A DNA stretch of 64,000 nucleotides. Source: Candidatus Caldarchaeum sp. (GTDB taxonomy: Archaea > Thermoproteota > Nitrososphaeria_A > Caldarchaeales > Caldarchaeaceae). The DNA lies in NCBI GenBank assembly GCA_038740895.1, contig JAVYLK010000003.1, positions 19,820 through 83,819 on the forward strand, read 5' to 3'. Below, piece after piece: positions 45,297-54,667 of the stretch (the stretch's first letter is position 1; the number at the start of each line of letters is the position of its first letter). The notes beneath the pieces are model-generated. The model saw nothing but the letters and a program-made list of their open reading frames with translations. It made no database searches and was not told the DNA's origin. A program made the position numbers and the translations under genes.

Positions 45297-48200
45297 ATGA
45301 CTGTCGCTGAGCATTCAAGAACTCAACACGGGAGAGCGGGGGGTCTTCATGTAGGCAGGTTTTACACAGATGGAAGGGATGTCTTTTCCTACTTCAGGTG
45401 GGAAAGACGAACTTCCCAGATCAAGGACTTGGCCGGCAACGTAATATTCGAGATGAAAGACGTTGAAGTTCCTAGCTTCTGGTCTCAGGTGGCCACCGAC
45501 ATACTTGCGCAGAAGTATTTTCGCAAGACAGGCGTGCCGCAGTACGATGAGAACGGAAACCCGGTCTACGACAACGACGGAAAACCATTACTCGGCCCGG
45601 AGAGGTCTCTCAAGCAGGTTGTTAGACGGCTTGCTGGCTGCTGGAGGCAGTGGGGTGAGAAGCTGGGATACTTCGCAACTCTCGAGGATGCTCAGGCATT
45701 TCAGGACGAAATAGAATACATGCTCATCGCTCAAATAGCTTCACCCAACTCGCCGCAGTGGTTCAACACGGGGCTACAGTCAGCTTACGGAATAACAGGC
45801 CCCGCCCAGGGACACTACTACTACGACGAGAAAGTTGGAGTTGTTCCTTCAACCGACGCCTACACTCATCCACAGGCTCATGCATGCTTCATCCTGTCGA
45901 TTAAAGACGACCTAGTCAACCCTGGAGGAATCATGGACACATGGGTCAAGCAGGCCCGCATCTACAAGTATGGAAGTGGTGAAGGATGCAACTATTCCGT
46001 GCTCCGTGCGAAGGGGGAGCCGTTGTCGGGAGGCGGTGTGTCAAGCGGCGTGATGTCGTTTTTGAAGGTGGGCGACGCCGTGGCTGGCTCAATAAAGTCC
46101 GGCGGGACGACAAGGAGAGCCGCAAAGATGGTTGTGCTCAACGCGGACCATCCGGAGGTTGAGGAGTTTATCGACTGGAAGATGAAGGAGGAGCAGAAAG
46201 TTGCGGCACTCGTTGCTGCCGGCTATTCGCCTGACTTTGAGGGTGAGGCGTACCAGACTGTTTCGGGACAGAATTCCAACAACTCTGTTAGGGTGTCGAA
46301 CGAGTTCATGAGAAGGGTTCTGAGCGATGGAGACTGGGAGCTTGTTTGGAGGACCGACGGAAGAGTGGCTAAGCGAGTTAAGGCTAGGTATCTTTGGGAC
46401 AAGATCGCCCGGGCTGCATGGGCCTGCGCCGACCCAGGTCTTCAGTTCGACACAACAATCAACGAGTGGAATACGTGTCCCGAGACGGGTAGGATAAACG
46501 CCACAAACCCCTGCTCAGAATTCAACTTCCTGGACAACACAGCCTGCAACCTTGCCTCCCTCAACATTGTTAAGTTCTACGACGAGGAGAAAGGAGTCTT
46601 CCTAATAGATGCATTCAAACACGCCGTCAAACTCTGGACCATAGTCCTTGAAATAACCGTCGCCATGGCTCAGTACCCAAGTCAGGAGATAGCTGAGATG
46701 AGCTACAGGACGAGGAGCCTAGGCCTAGGCTACGCAAACCTCGGCGGGCTTTTGATGCGTATGGGTCTTCCCTACGACAGCGACAGAGGCCGTGCCGTAG
46801 CCGCTGCGTTGACGGCTTTGATGACGGCTGAGGTCTACGCGACCTCATCGGAAATAGCCAGGATTAAGGGCCCGTTCGCAGAGTACGAGAGGAACAAACG
46901 TCACGTTCTGAGGGTTCTGAACAACCACAGGAGGGCAATATACGGCTGCAGGCCTGAGGAGTACGAAGGGCTTGAGGTCAAGCCCTATCTGCCGCCGCTA
47001 GAGCTCTGCGACCCATACATCTTGCAAGCTGCTCGAAGCTCTTGGGATAGGGCGGTGGAGTTTTGTGAAAAATACGGCGTCCGGAACGCTCAAGCGACTT
47101 TGATTGCTCCGACGGGAACTATCGGGCTTTTGATGGACTGCGACACCCTCGGCATCGAGCCCGACTTCTCGATCGTGAAGCTGAAGAAGCTTGTTGGAGG
47201 AGGGTACTTCAAGCTAGTCAACAGGTCTCTCGAGCCTGCGCTCAGAAAGCTAGGCTACACGCCTAGTCAGATACAGGACATCGTTCAGTACGTCGTTGGT
47301 ACGAACACGCTCTACGGCCCACAGCCCGTGAACGCCCAAGCGCTCAAAGCACGTGGTCTGACAGAAGCCGAGATACAGAAAGTTGAACAGCTCCTGCCGT
47401 CAGCCACAAGCCTCAAAGACGTTCTTAACCCTTGGGTGCTAGGGGTTGAGGCCATGAGGAGGCTCGGCGTGCCCGAACAAGAATACAAAGACCCGTCCTT
47501 CAATCTGCTTAAACACCTAGGCTTCTCAGAGGAGGCGATAAACAACTCTGAGGAGGTTGTCTGCGGAGCCATGACCGTTGAAGGAGCACCCCATCTAAAG
47601 CAGGAGCACTACGCTGTTTTCGACTGTGCCGTGCCCTCAGGCAAGAAGGGGAGGAGGTACATTCACTACAGAGCACATCTACTCATGATGGCTGCAGTCC
47701 AGCCATTCCTCAGCGGAGCTATAAGCAAGACAATCAACATGCCGAACGAGGCGACGCCGGAGGATGTAGCCTCGGTGTACTTGGATGCATGGCGGATGGG
47801 GTTGAAATGCATAGCTATCTACCGCGACGGAAGCAAGCTGTCTCAACCCCTCACAGCAAAAACATCTGCAAAGGAAGAGAGCGTCCCCAGGCCCGTCAGA
47901 AGAAGACTTCCTTCGGAGAGAACAGCTGTAACCCACAAGTTTAGGATAGGCGAGCAGGAGGGCTACATAACTGTGGGGCTTTATGAGGACGGGACACCTG
48001 GAGAGATCTTCATCAAGATGGCGAAGGAGGGAAGCACCCTAGCCGGGCTCATGGACTCTTTCTCGATAGTCACCTCAATAGCTCTCCAGTACGGCGTCCC
48101 CTTGAAGGTGTTGGTCGACAAGTTCATACATACTAGGTTTGAGCCTTCAGGCTTCACCGACAACCCTAAGATTAGGTTCGCCAAGTCCGTCGTTGACTAT

Positions 48201-48425
48201 GTTTTCCGATGGCTTGCTCTGAAGTTCCTTCCCGAGGAACAGCGTCAAGAGATTGGGTTGGTTGACGGAGACGACGTCGAGCCTAAGGCTTCTGTTGAGA
48301 GAGTTTCATCCGTGAAAGCACCTGCCCCTGACGCTCCTCCATGCCCTGAATGCGGCAGCATCATGGCTCGAAGCGGAACATGCTACGTCTGCGTCAACTG
48401 CGGAGCCACGACGGGCTGCTCCTAA
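45297..48425 (+). CDS. nrdJ: adenosylcobalamin-dependent ribonucleotide reductase (class II, NrdJ) with C-terminal zinc ribbon
   Basis: 1042 aa; N-terminus PSFWSQVATDILAQKYFRK, ten-stranded-barrel motifs (NPCSEF, active-site Cys regions) and C-terminal CPECG...CVNCG. Confidence 0.85.
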   Translation: MTVAEHSRTQHGRAGGLHVGRFYTDGRDVFSYFRWERRTSQIKDLAGNVIFEMKDVEVPSFWSQVATDILAQKYFRKTGVPQYDENGNPVYDNDGKPLLGPERSLKQVVRRLAGCWRQWGEKLGYFATLEDAQAFQDEIEYMLIAQIASPNSPQWFNTGLQSAYGITGPAQGHYYYDEKVGVVPSTDAYTHPQAHACFILSIKDDLVNPGGIMDTWVKQARIYKYGSGEGCNYSVLRAKGEPLSGGGVSSGVMSFLKVGDAVAGSIKSGGTTRRAAKMVVLNADHPEVEEFIDWKMKEEQKVAALVAAGYSPDFEGEAYQTVSGQNSNNSVRVSNEFMRRVLSDGDWELVWRTDGRVAKRVKARYLWDKIARAAWACADPGLQFDTTINEWNTCPETGRINATNPCSEFNFLDNTACNLASLNIVKFYDEEKGVFLIDAFKHAVKLWTIVLEITVAMAQYPSQEIAEMSYRTRSLGLGYANLGGLLMRMGLPYDSDRGRAVAAALTALMTAEVYATSSEIARIKGPFAEYERNKRHVLRVLNNHRRAIYGCRPEEYEGLEVKPYLPPLELCDPYILQAARSSWDRAVEFCEKYGVRNAQATLIAPTGTIGLLMDCDTLGIEPDFSIVKLKKLVGGGYFKLVNRSLEPALRKLGYTPSQIQDIVQYVVGTNTLYGPQPVNAQALKARGLTEAEIQKVEQLLPSATSLKDVLNPWVLGVEAMRRLGVPEQEYKDPSFNLLKHLGFSEEAINNSEEVVCGAMTVEGAPHLKQEHYAVFDCAVPSGKKGRRYIHYRAHLLMMAAVQPFLSGAISKTINMPNEATPEDVASVYLDAWRMGLKCIAIYRDGSKLSQPLTAKTSAKEESVPRPVRRRLPSERTAVTHKFRIGEQEGYITVGLYEDGTPGEIFIKMAKEGSTLAGLMDSFSIVTSIALQYGVPLKVLVDKFIHTRFEPSGFTDNPKIRFAKSVVDYVFRWLALKFLPEEQRQEIGLVDGDDVEPKASVERVSSVKAPAPDAPPCPECGSIMARSGTCYVCVNCGATTGCS

Positions 48426-48463
48426 AACTAAAAAGCTGCTTAAAAACCAACTAGGCGAGGACG

Positions 48464-49924
48464 ATGGTAAACTTCACACCGGCATTAAACATGCTGATTA
48501 TCTTCACCGTCCTGTCTCCGGTCTTCTCGCTAGCCTCCAGACGTCTGAAGGCATCCTTCATCATAGACGCCTACAGCTTCGCCGCCTTCGCCCTCAGCCT
48601 CATCGTAGCATACTTCCAAGCACAAACAGTCTTCGCAGGAGGAGTCTATGCTGTTTCTCAGGGCCCTTACTCGTCGTCAGTCTACGTCGACCCGCTATCT
48701 TCGTTCCTATCCCTGATATTCATAGCGGTCGGCCTCTTAGCCAGCCTTTTCTCCATAGGCTACATCGAGGAGAGAAAGCCCGAGTTCTACCCACTGCTCA
48801 TAGCACTGGTCACTGGAATGGTTGGAGTCGTTTTCGCGGGCGACCTCTTCACCTTCTTCATATTCTGGGAGATGATGTCCATAGCCTCCTACCTTCTAGT
48901 CGCCTTCAGGTATCATTCTTGGGAGGCTGTGGAGGCTTCTCTCAAGTACTTGATCATCAGCGCCGCAGGGGCTTCAGCGATTCTCTTCGGCATGTCGCTT
49001 CTTTACGGACTGGCCGGCACGCTTGAGATAAGCAGGCTGGCTGAGGTGCTTGGGACGGCTGCCGCCGCAGGCGAGGCGTGGAGCTACATAGCGATAGTCT
49101 TCCTCGTGACAGGCTTCGGAGTCAACGCAGCGATGGCTCCGTTCCATTCATGGCTTCCCGACGCCCACCCCGCCGCACCCAGCTCGATATCTGCGATGCT
49201 GTCAGGAGTTGTGATAAAAACCGGCGTTTACGCCTTGTTCAGGCTTATACTTGGAGTTTTCCCGCCAGCGTTGTATGACTGGAGCTTGGGGTTGGCCATT
49301 TTCGCCGTCATCACCATGAGTGTTGGAAACCTTCTGGCCTTGATGCAGGAGGATATCAAACGTCTGCTGGCCTTCAGCTCCATAGCCCACATAGGGTACA
49401 TCGTCTTCGGGCTAAGCGTAGCAAACGTCGCCGGCGTAGCCGGAGGCCTGTTCCACGTACTCAACCACGCTGTCGTCAAAGCCCTGCTCTTCTTAGCCGC
49501 AGGAGTTTTCATCCACGCCTCCTCCACAAGAAGCCTAGACAACTTGGCCGGAATAGGCAAGAAGCTACCGCTGGCGTCGACATGCTTCGCCGTAGGAGCG
49601 TTCGCCCTTGCCGGAATTCCGGGGCTTAACGTCTTCTGGAGCGAGTTCACCATCATCACCGCAGCCCTCTCCGCTGGACAGGTATATGCCGTCCTCGCAG
49701 CCATCATGGTTGTCAACATACTGGTCGGCGTGGCCTACTACGTAAGGCTGGTCCAGTCCATATTCTTGAAGAACCCATCTCCCGCCCTTGAAAAGCTCAA
49801 CCCTGTCGGAGCGAGCATGACGGCTCCCCTGCTAGTCCTCACAGCTGCGGCCATCGTCATAGGCGTTTACCCGACTCCTTTCCTTGACGCAGCCTTTCTG
49901 ATTTCAAACCAAATAACCGCCTGA
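48464..49924 (+). CDS. proton-conducting membrane transporter family protein (NuoN/MnhD-like antiporter subunit), orphan
   Basis: 486 aa, about 14 TM helices, PF00361-type core (e.g. WLPDAHPAAPSSISA); no other complex I or Mrp genes nearby. Confidence 0.7.
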   Translation: MVNFTPALNMLIIFTVLSPVFSLASRRLKASFIIDAYSFAAFALSLIVAYFQAQTVFAGGVYAVSQGPYSSSVYVDPLSSFLSLIFIAVGLLASLFSIGYIEERKPEFYPLLIALVTGMVGVVFAGDLFTFFIFWEMMSIASYLLVAFRYHSWEAVEASLKYLIISAAGASAILFGMSLLYGLAGTLEISRLAEVLGTAAAAGEAWSYIAIVFLVTGFGVNAAMAPFHSWLPDAHPAAPSSISAMLSGVVIKTGVYALFRLILGVFPPALYDWSLGLAIFAVITMSVGNLLALMQEDIKRLLAFSSIAHIGYIVFGLSVANVAGVAGGLFHVLNHAVVKALLFLAAGVFIHASSTRSLDNLAGIGKKLPLASTCFAVGAFALAGIPGLNVFWSEFTIITAALSAGQVYAVLAAIMVVNILVGVAYYVRLVQSIFLKNPSPALEKLNPVGASMTAPLLVLTAAAIVIGVYPTPFLDAAFLISNQITA

Positions 49925-49948
49925 ATCTATAAGAGCTTCCCCTACGGG

Positions 49949-51052
49949 ATGAAGGCGGTGAAACAGAAACCAAAGACGAAACCTTTAGAGGCTCAGGCCA
50001 AGGTTCTGGAACGCATAAGGTCGCTCGCCAGGGCCGTCGTCGAGAGCGTCGAGGCTGGAGAGTTCCCCCACTTCGAGATCCCGGCTCGCACCACCTCCAA
50101 CATAGAGTACAGTCCAACTCTGAGGCAGTACATCCTAGGACCTCGGAAGTCTGTCAGAACAGCTAGGAACATCAAGCATCTTAGGCCTCTTGCCCAGCTA
50201 TGCTGGATGGTTATGTTCGCCTCCCAGCTCATCGTGTCGAAGAAAACGAGCACGCTGAGGGACGCTTTCTACAACGCATTAGGCTACGACGTCGACTTCG
50301 AAGACCAGCAGGAGAGCGACGAAGCCGTTACGGAGCTGGAAACGCTCATCGGGACGGTTAGAGAGGACTTCAACATCTACCCTGAGGAGAGGTCAAGCAT
50401 ATTCGGGCCTCTTGTGATTGAATACACGGTTCCAGGATACGAGGGGAGGACTCTTGACTTGAGGACTATTCCAGACGGCGCTATGATCGGGCCTGCCATG
50501 ACAACCGCCAAGATAGTAAGGTGTCAGGCTGAACAGGTTTTCGTCGTCGAGAAAGGCGCCATATACCAGAGGTTCCTCGAGGAAAACGTTCCGCAAAAGT
50601 ACAAGGCTATCGTGGTACACACGGCAGGGCAGGCTCCACGCTCCACGAGGAAGTTCATCAGACGCCTAAACCAAGAGCTAAACCTGCCTGTCTACATCTT
50701 CAGCGACGCAGACCCGTGGGGAATGCACATCGCAAGCGTCATCGTCTTCGGCTCAGCTCTCTCAGCACACGTAAGAGAGCTTAACGTCCCTGACGGGGTA
50801 TGGGCTGGGTTGTGGGCCAGCGACATAACAAAGTACAAGCTTCCATCCATGAGGTTCAACGACGAGGACGTCCGCAGGGTATCAGAGCTTGAGAAAGACC
50901 CACGCTACGTCCAAGACCCGTGGAAGCGTGAGATAAGCCAGTTCAAGAAGATGCAGCGGAAGGCCGAGCTGGAGTCGCTGAGCCGGTACGGACTCGAGTA
51001 CATAGTCACCGACTACCTTCCTGAAAAGCTTGCTGAAGTCTCCAAGAGATAG
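49949..51052 (+). CDS. top6A: DNA topoisomerase VI subunit A (Spo11 homologue)
   Basis: 367 aa; 5Y-CAP catalytic Tyr context RDAFYNA, Toprim acidic motif IFSDADPWG; TATA tctataag about 20 bp upstream. Confidence 0.85.
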   Translation: MKAVKQKPKTKPLEAQAKVLERIRSLARAVVESVEAGEFPHFEIPARTTSNIEYSPTLRQYILGPRKSVRTARNIKHLRPLAQLCWMVMFASQLIVSKKTSTLRDAFYNALGYDVDFEDQQESDEAVTELETLIGTVREDFNIYPEERSSIFGPLVIEYTVPGYEGRTLDLRTIPDGAMIGPAMTTAKIVRCQAEQVFVVEKGAIYQRFLEENVPQKYKAIVVHTAGQAPRSTRKFIRRLNQELNLPVYIFSDADPWGMHIASVIVFGSALSAHVRELNVPDGVWAGLWASDITKYKLPSMRFNDEDVRRVSELEKDPRYVQDPWKREISQFKKMQRKAELESLSRYGLEYIVTDYLPEKLAEVSKR

Positions 51053-51068
51053 CGTGAGGAAGGAGTTG

Positions 51069-51848
51069 ATGATTGTTGAGGGTCATCCCGCTCTGCTGGT
51101 GGAGAAACCGAAGAGAGCGGTGGTCGTAGCTGACCTTCATCTCGGGTTCGAGATGGATTTACGGCTGAGGGGTGTTAGGATTCCGTCTCACAGCGGCAGG
51201 CTCTTGGAAGAGTTGAAGGAAGTCGTCAAGAAAACTAAGGCTGAGCAGGTGATCGTGGCCGGCGACTTGAAGCACAACATCTTAGGGCCCTCGGAGCTGG
51301 AGTCCAAAGTTTTGCCGCAGTTTCTCGAAGAACTGAACAAGCTTGTGGAGCGGGTTATGATAATTCCAGGCAACCACGACGGCCGTCTGGCGCAGGCCTT
51401 GAAGGGGCTGGCTGAAATACTTCCCACCCGTGGCATGTACATTCCGGAGGAGAGGCTCGCCATAACTCACGGACACGTCAAGCCAGACGACAAACTAGTC
51501 GACGCCGAAACACTACTCGTCGGCCACCTACACCCAGTTCTTACGCTTGGGTCTGGAGACGCAAGTGCTAGGCTGAGGGTCTGGCTTAGGCTGAGAGCCT
51601 CTAGGAAGTCTTTACTCGTGGCGTTGTACGGTAAACAGGCCCGTCAAGCGAGGGGAATGCTGTCTCTGCTGATAATGCCCAGCTTCAATCCCTTCCTTCA
51701 AGGCAGGTCCGTGAACGACTTGGGGCCTTCTCGTCTCGTCAGGGGGCCGTTGCTCCACTCAGGCGTGTTCGACGTGGACATGGCTGAAGTCATGACCTTA
51801 GACGGCAAGGTGCTTGGAAGGCTTGGGCAGCTGAGGAAGGTGCTATGA
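51069..51848 (+). CDS. calcineurin-like metallophosphoesterase (Mre11/SbcD-type motif set)
   Basis: Motifs D-x-H (VVADLHLG), GD (VAGDLKHN), GNHD (IPGNHDG), GHxH-like (THGHV, VGHLHP). ATG at 51069 is preceded by a GGAAGGAG Shine-Dalgarno-like element 16 nt after the top6A stop; the ORF track offers a TTG start at 51030. Confidence 0.65.
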   Translation: MIVEGHPALLVEKPKRAVVVADLHLGFEMDLRLRGVRIPSHSGRLLEELKEVVKKTKAEQVIVAGDLKHNILGPSELESKVLPQFLEELNKLVERVMIIPGNHDGRLAQALKGLAEILPTRGMYIPEERLAITHGHVKPDDKLVDAETLLVGHLHPVLTLGSGDASARLRVWLRLRASRKSLLVALYGKQARQARGMLSLLIMPSFNPFLQGRSVNDLGPSRLVRGPLLHSGVFDVDMAEVMTLDGKVLGRLGQLRKVL

Positions 51849-52192
51849 TGAGCGAGGAGCTCACGAAGATACAGGCGGAGTACCCTAAGCTGTTTGAAGA
51901 GGCCTATGAATGCGTCAGGGCGAAAAAAGTCAAGAAGTATGTCTTCAAGCCGAGCAACCGGTTCCGTTGGGTTGTGGTTGGAAAAACAAGAGACTATTTG
52001 GTTCTCCCCGCCGTTGGCTACTGCTCTTGCGAAGACTTTTTCTTCCGTGTGATGAGCCACGAAAAACCCATGTGCTACCACGTTGTCGCCGTTAAGCTAG
52101 CCATGCTTACAGAAGAGTTCGAACTGATAGAGGAGTCTGATGAGTGGCACTGGAGGCTTATGAGTGAATGGATTCTCAAGCCTACTTCTTGA
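51845..52192 (+). CDS. SWIM-type zinc-finger protein
   Basis: CxC-x(n)-CxH in GYCSCEDFFFRVMSHEKPMCYHVVA; ATG overlaps the stop of the phosphoesterase gene (ATGA). Confidence 0.6.
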   Translation: MMSEELTKIQAEYPKLFEEAYECVRAKKVKKYVFKPSNRFRWVVVGKTRDYLVLPAVGYCSCEDFFFRVMSHEKPMCYHVVAVKLAMLTEEFELIEESDEWHWRLMSEWILKPTS

Positions 52193-52550
52193 GGTAGGCG
52201 TCTTCACCCTTTAGCCAGTCTTCTCGAGGTGGTGCGAATATGTCGGCGACGAGGCTGTCTTCAAGGGCTTCTGCGGCATGCTCGACGTTTGGAGGTATCA
52301 CCATCACGCCGCCGGCGTCGACAACTCTTTCAAAACCGCCTTCGAAAACAAACTTAACCCTGCCCTCCAAAACGTAGGCCACCTGCTCGTTGTGATGCTT
52401 GTGCATAGCTACTCTAGCCCCCTTCAGAAGACGCATCTGTGCGACAGTCATCTTCTCTCCAAAAACCACACGCCTCCAGACGTCGCTCCTAATCCTCTCC
52501 CAATCTACTTCATCCCACTTGACGTGCCTGGGCATCATCTTGACAGCCAT
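52182..52550 (-). CDS. cupin-domain protein
   Basis: 122 aa; HKHHNEQVAYVLEG ... VMVIPPNVEHA two-motif cupin pattern. Confidence 0.6.
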   Translation of the reverse strand: MAVKMMPRHVKWDEVDWERIRSDVWRRVVFGEKMTVAQMRLLKGARVAMHKHHNEQVAYVLEGRVKFVFEGGFERVVDAGGVMVIPPNVEHAAEALEDSLVADIFAPPREDWLKGEDAYLKK

Positions 52551-52621
52551 CCTCCAACTCGGTATAAAAGCTTTGAAACAGTTCAGCCTTAAAACTAAAC
52601 ACTCCCAACCATAGGCTTGGC

Positions 52622-53758
52622 ATGAGGCAGGCTAGGGAATATCTCGAGCTAAGGTCGGGCGGCGTCTCCTACGTGAGATACGGCTCCATGGAGAAGCTTT
52701 CGTCCATAACCGGCGCTGTGTTTGACTGCGACGGAGTCCTGATAGACGAGAGGACCTCCTACGACGAAGCCATCAAGGATGCGGCTTCCGCCCTTCTCAG
52801 CTTCCTGACCGGAATGTCGTTCAACAGCTCGGACATACCCTCGGAAGCTATATACAGGGTCAGAGCCGTTGGAAGCTTCAACAACGACTGCGACACCTTG
52901 GCCTTGATAGTTGAATGGGTTGTGAATAAGATGGATGAAAAGTCTGGCTACAGTCTGGCCGACAGACTGGAGGGCCTTAAACCACTGAGTTTGGGAGAGT
53001 TGGCTGAGGCCATGAAAACACACAAGCGCCCAGGCTTAAGTGCTGGGGAAGCCTCGGCTTGGTTGCTCGAGCTGGGTAAAAAAATTTCATCCCTAGAGGG
53101 CACAGCCGCGTCCTTGTCCGAGGTCGAGTCGGCCTTGGGAATCGATTCCCCAGCTGTCGAAGACCTTAAGAAAGTCCTCAACTATCCAGAAAGATATGGA
53201 AAAAGCCTTTTGACAACTGTTTTCGACGAAGTTTTCTTTGGTTCTGAATACATCAACGCAGTTCGAGGGTCTGGGCCTTTCTTCTCGTTCGAGGGAAAGC
53301 TGAGGAATGAAAAACTCCTGGTCGAGCAGTCGACCCTAGAAAGCCTGCGTAAACGTGGGATAGTCCTTGGGATGAGCACAGGAAGGGGATCGTGGGAGAC
53401 TTGGAAAACCCTCGGCGCGCTGGCGGATTTCTTCGACAAGAAGGCCTGCGTGTTCATCGGAGACTATGTCTCTGCAGACCCGTCTAGTAAACAGCTTTAC
53501 GAGAAGCCCAGTCCTTGGTCGCTTCTGCAGGCTCTACAGAATCTTGGGGGGAATGGAGAAGTTGTCTACGTCGGCAACAGCGTCGAAGACTTTGTAATGT
53601 TTAGGAAAGCAAAACAGACATCTGCCAACATTCTTTTCGCAGGCGTCTACGGACAGTCCCACGACGCTGCCGACTTTTTCCTAGAGAACGGCGCAGACCT
53701 AGTTATCACCAACGTTAACATCTTTCCTAAGATACTCGAACTTCTTGAAGAAGCCTAA
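52622..53758 (+). CDS. HAD-superfamily hydrolase-like protein (long form)
   Basis: Motif I FDCDGVLIDE, C-terminal GNSVEDF/IGDYV-type motif IV; 378 aa with a large cap insertion. Confidence 0.55.
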   Translation: MRQAREYLELRSGGVSYVRYGSMEKLSSITGAVFDCDGVLIDERTSYDEAIKDAASALLSFLTGMSFNSSDIPSEAIYRVRAVGSFNNDCDTLALIVEWVVNKMDEKSGYSLADRLEGLKPLSLGELAEAMKTHKRPGLSAGEASAWLLELGKKISSLEGTAASLSEVESALGIDSPAVEDLKKVLNYPERYGKSLLTTVFDEVFFGSEYINAVRGSGPFFSFEGKLRNEKLLVEQSTLESLRKRGIVLGMSTGRGSWETWKTLGALADFFDKKACVFIGDYVSADPSSKQLYEKPSPWSLLQALQNLGGNGEVVYVGNSVEDFVMFRKAKQTSANILFAGVYGQSHDAADFFLENGADLVITNVNIFPKILELLEEA

Positions 53759-54645
53759 GCCACTGGAAGGACTTCGGCTCCAAACAGCTCCCCCAACGCC
53801 CTACCGAGAAGATATGTTCCAGCTGCCACAGCAGCTAGGATTGAGATGTTTATCAAGAACTCCTTCGAGAAGCTCTTTTCCTGGAGGATTGTTGAGAAGA
53901 AGGTGAAGAAGGCTGTGAGGACGATTGCCGACAAGATTGACAGCATGAATGCATAAAGCATGTCCCTGAGGATGAAGTAGGGCGATACAAGTGTTATAAC
54001 CGTCAGCATGTAGATCCCGCCTGTCACGAAGCCCGATACTGCAGGGCTTTCGGAAACGCCCTGCCTAGCCTGAAGGTAGGAGGCAGCTCCCATGGATACA
54101 GCGGCGGCGCATCCAACTATGAGCCCTGCAATACCTGCGACGATCGTGGAGCTGGAGACTCCCAGAAACCCTGTCTGCACGCCCGTTAACTCAATTATCG
54201 CATCGGCCACACCAAGCATCATGAACCCGAGATACTTCACCACAGACTCGTCTATGTGGCCTACGAGCTGCCTCTCAACCTCCACCTCCTCGCTGATGAT
54301 CTTCTCGATGGCCTGTTTCTCAACGCTGTTATGTTCAAGCCTCGAAACCATCAGCCTGTACTCCTCGAGAGTCTTTTTTTCATGACCCTCCAAGGTTTTT
54401 ACGACGAACGTGACGCCGAACAAAAGCCTGCACAATACTATCAGGTTGAGAAAAACTCTGGATGTTGAAGGCCTGTAGCCTGGGGCGTGCTGGAGCCAGA
54501 AGCTAAAATGTCTCTTCTCAACGTCGGCCAGCTTCTGGAGGGTTTCTTTCCGCTGTCCGTTTCTCTCGACGCTGGCCAGCCTGCTGTAAACCCTGTAATC
54601 CTTGTACTCGTTGTCCACAAAACGCCTGTAATCGGCATCCATCAC
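53755..54645 (-). CDS. VIT1/CCC1-family iron/manganese transporter with N-terminal ferritin-like domain
   Basis: N-terminal EYKDYRVYSRLA...EKRHFSFW ferritin/rubrerythrin-like segment; C-terminal 5-TM VIT1 domain containing GVADAIIELTGVQTGFLGVSSS. Confidence 0.6.
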   Translation of the reverse strand: MMDADYRRFVDNEYKDYRVYSRLASVERNGQRKETLQKLADVEKRHFSFWLQHAPGYRPSTSRVFLNLIVLCRLLFGVTFVVKTLEGHEKKTLEEYRLMVSRLEHNSVEKQAIEKIISEEVEVERQLVGHIDESVVKYLGFMMLGVADAIIELTGVQTGFLGVSSSTIVAGIAGLIVGCAAAVSMGAASYLQARQGVSESPAVSGFVTGGIYMLTVITLVSPYFILRDMLYAFMLSILSAIVLTAFFTFFSTILQEKSFSKEFLINISILAAVAAGTYLLGRALGELFGAEVLPVA

Positions 54646-54667
54646 CTTTAGGCTTAAGAAGTGTTAT

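Noticed and set aside
45297-48425. Intein inside the 1042 aa ribonucleotide reductase
   Set aside because: No contiguous insertion bounded by Cys/Ser ... His-Asn-Cys/Ser/Thr splice junctions, and no LAGLIDADG-type block, could be seen. The extra length appears distributed plus the C-terminal Zn ribbon.
51030-51068. TTG start for the metallophosphoesterase that would overlap top6A by 23 nt
   Set aside because: An ATG at 51069 preceded by GGAAGGAG at the appropriate spacing is a much better initiation site. The homology motifs (DxH) start right after it.
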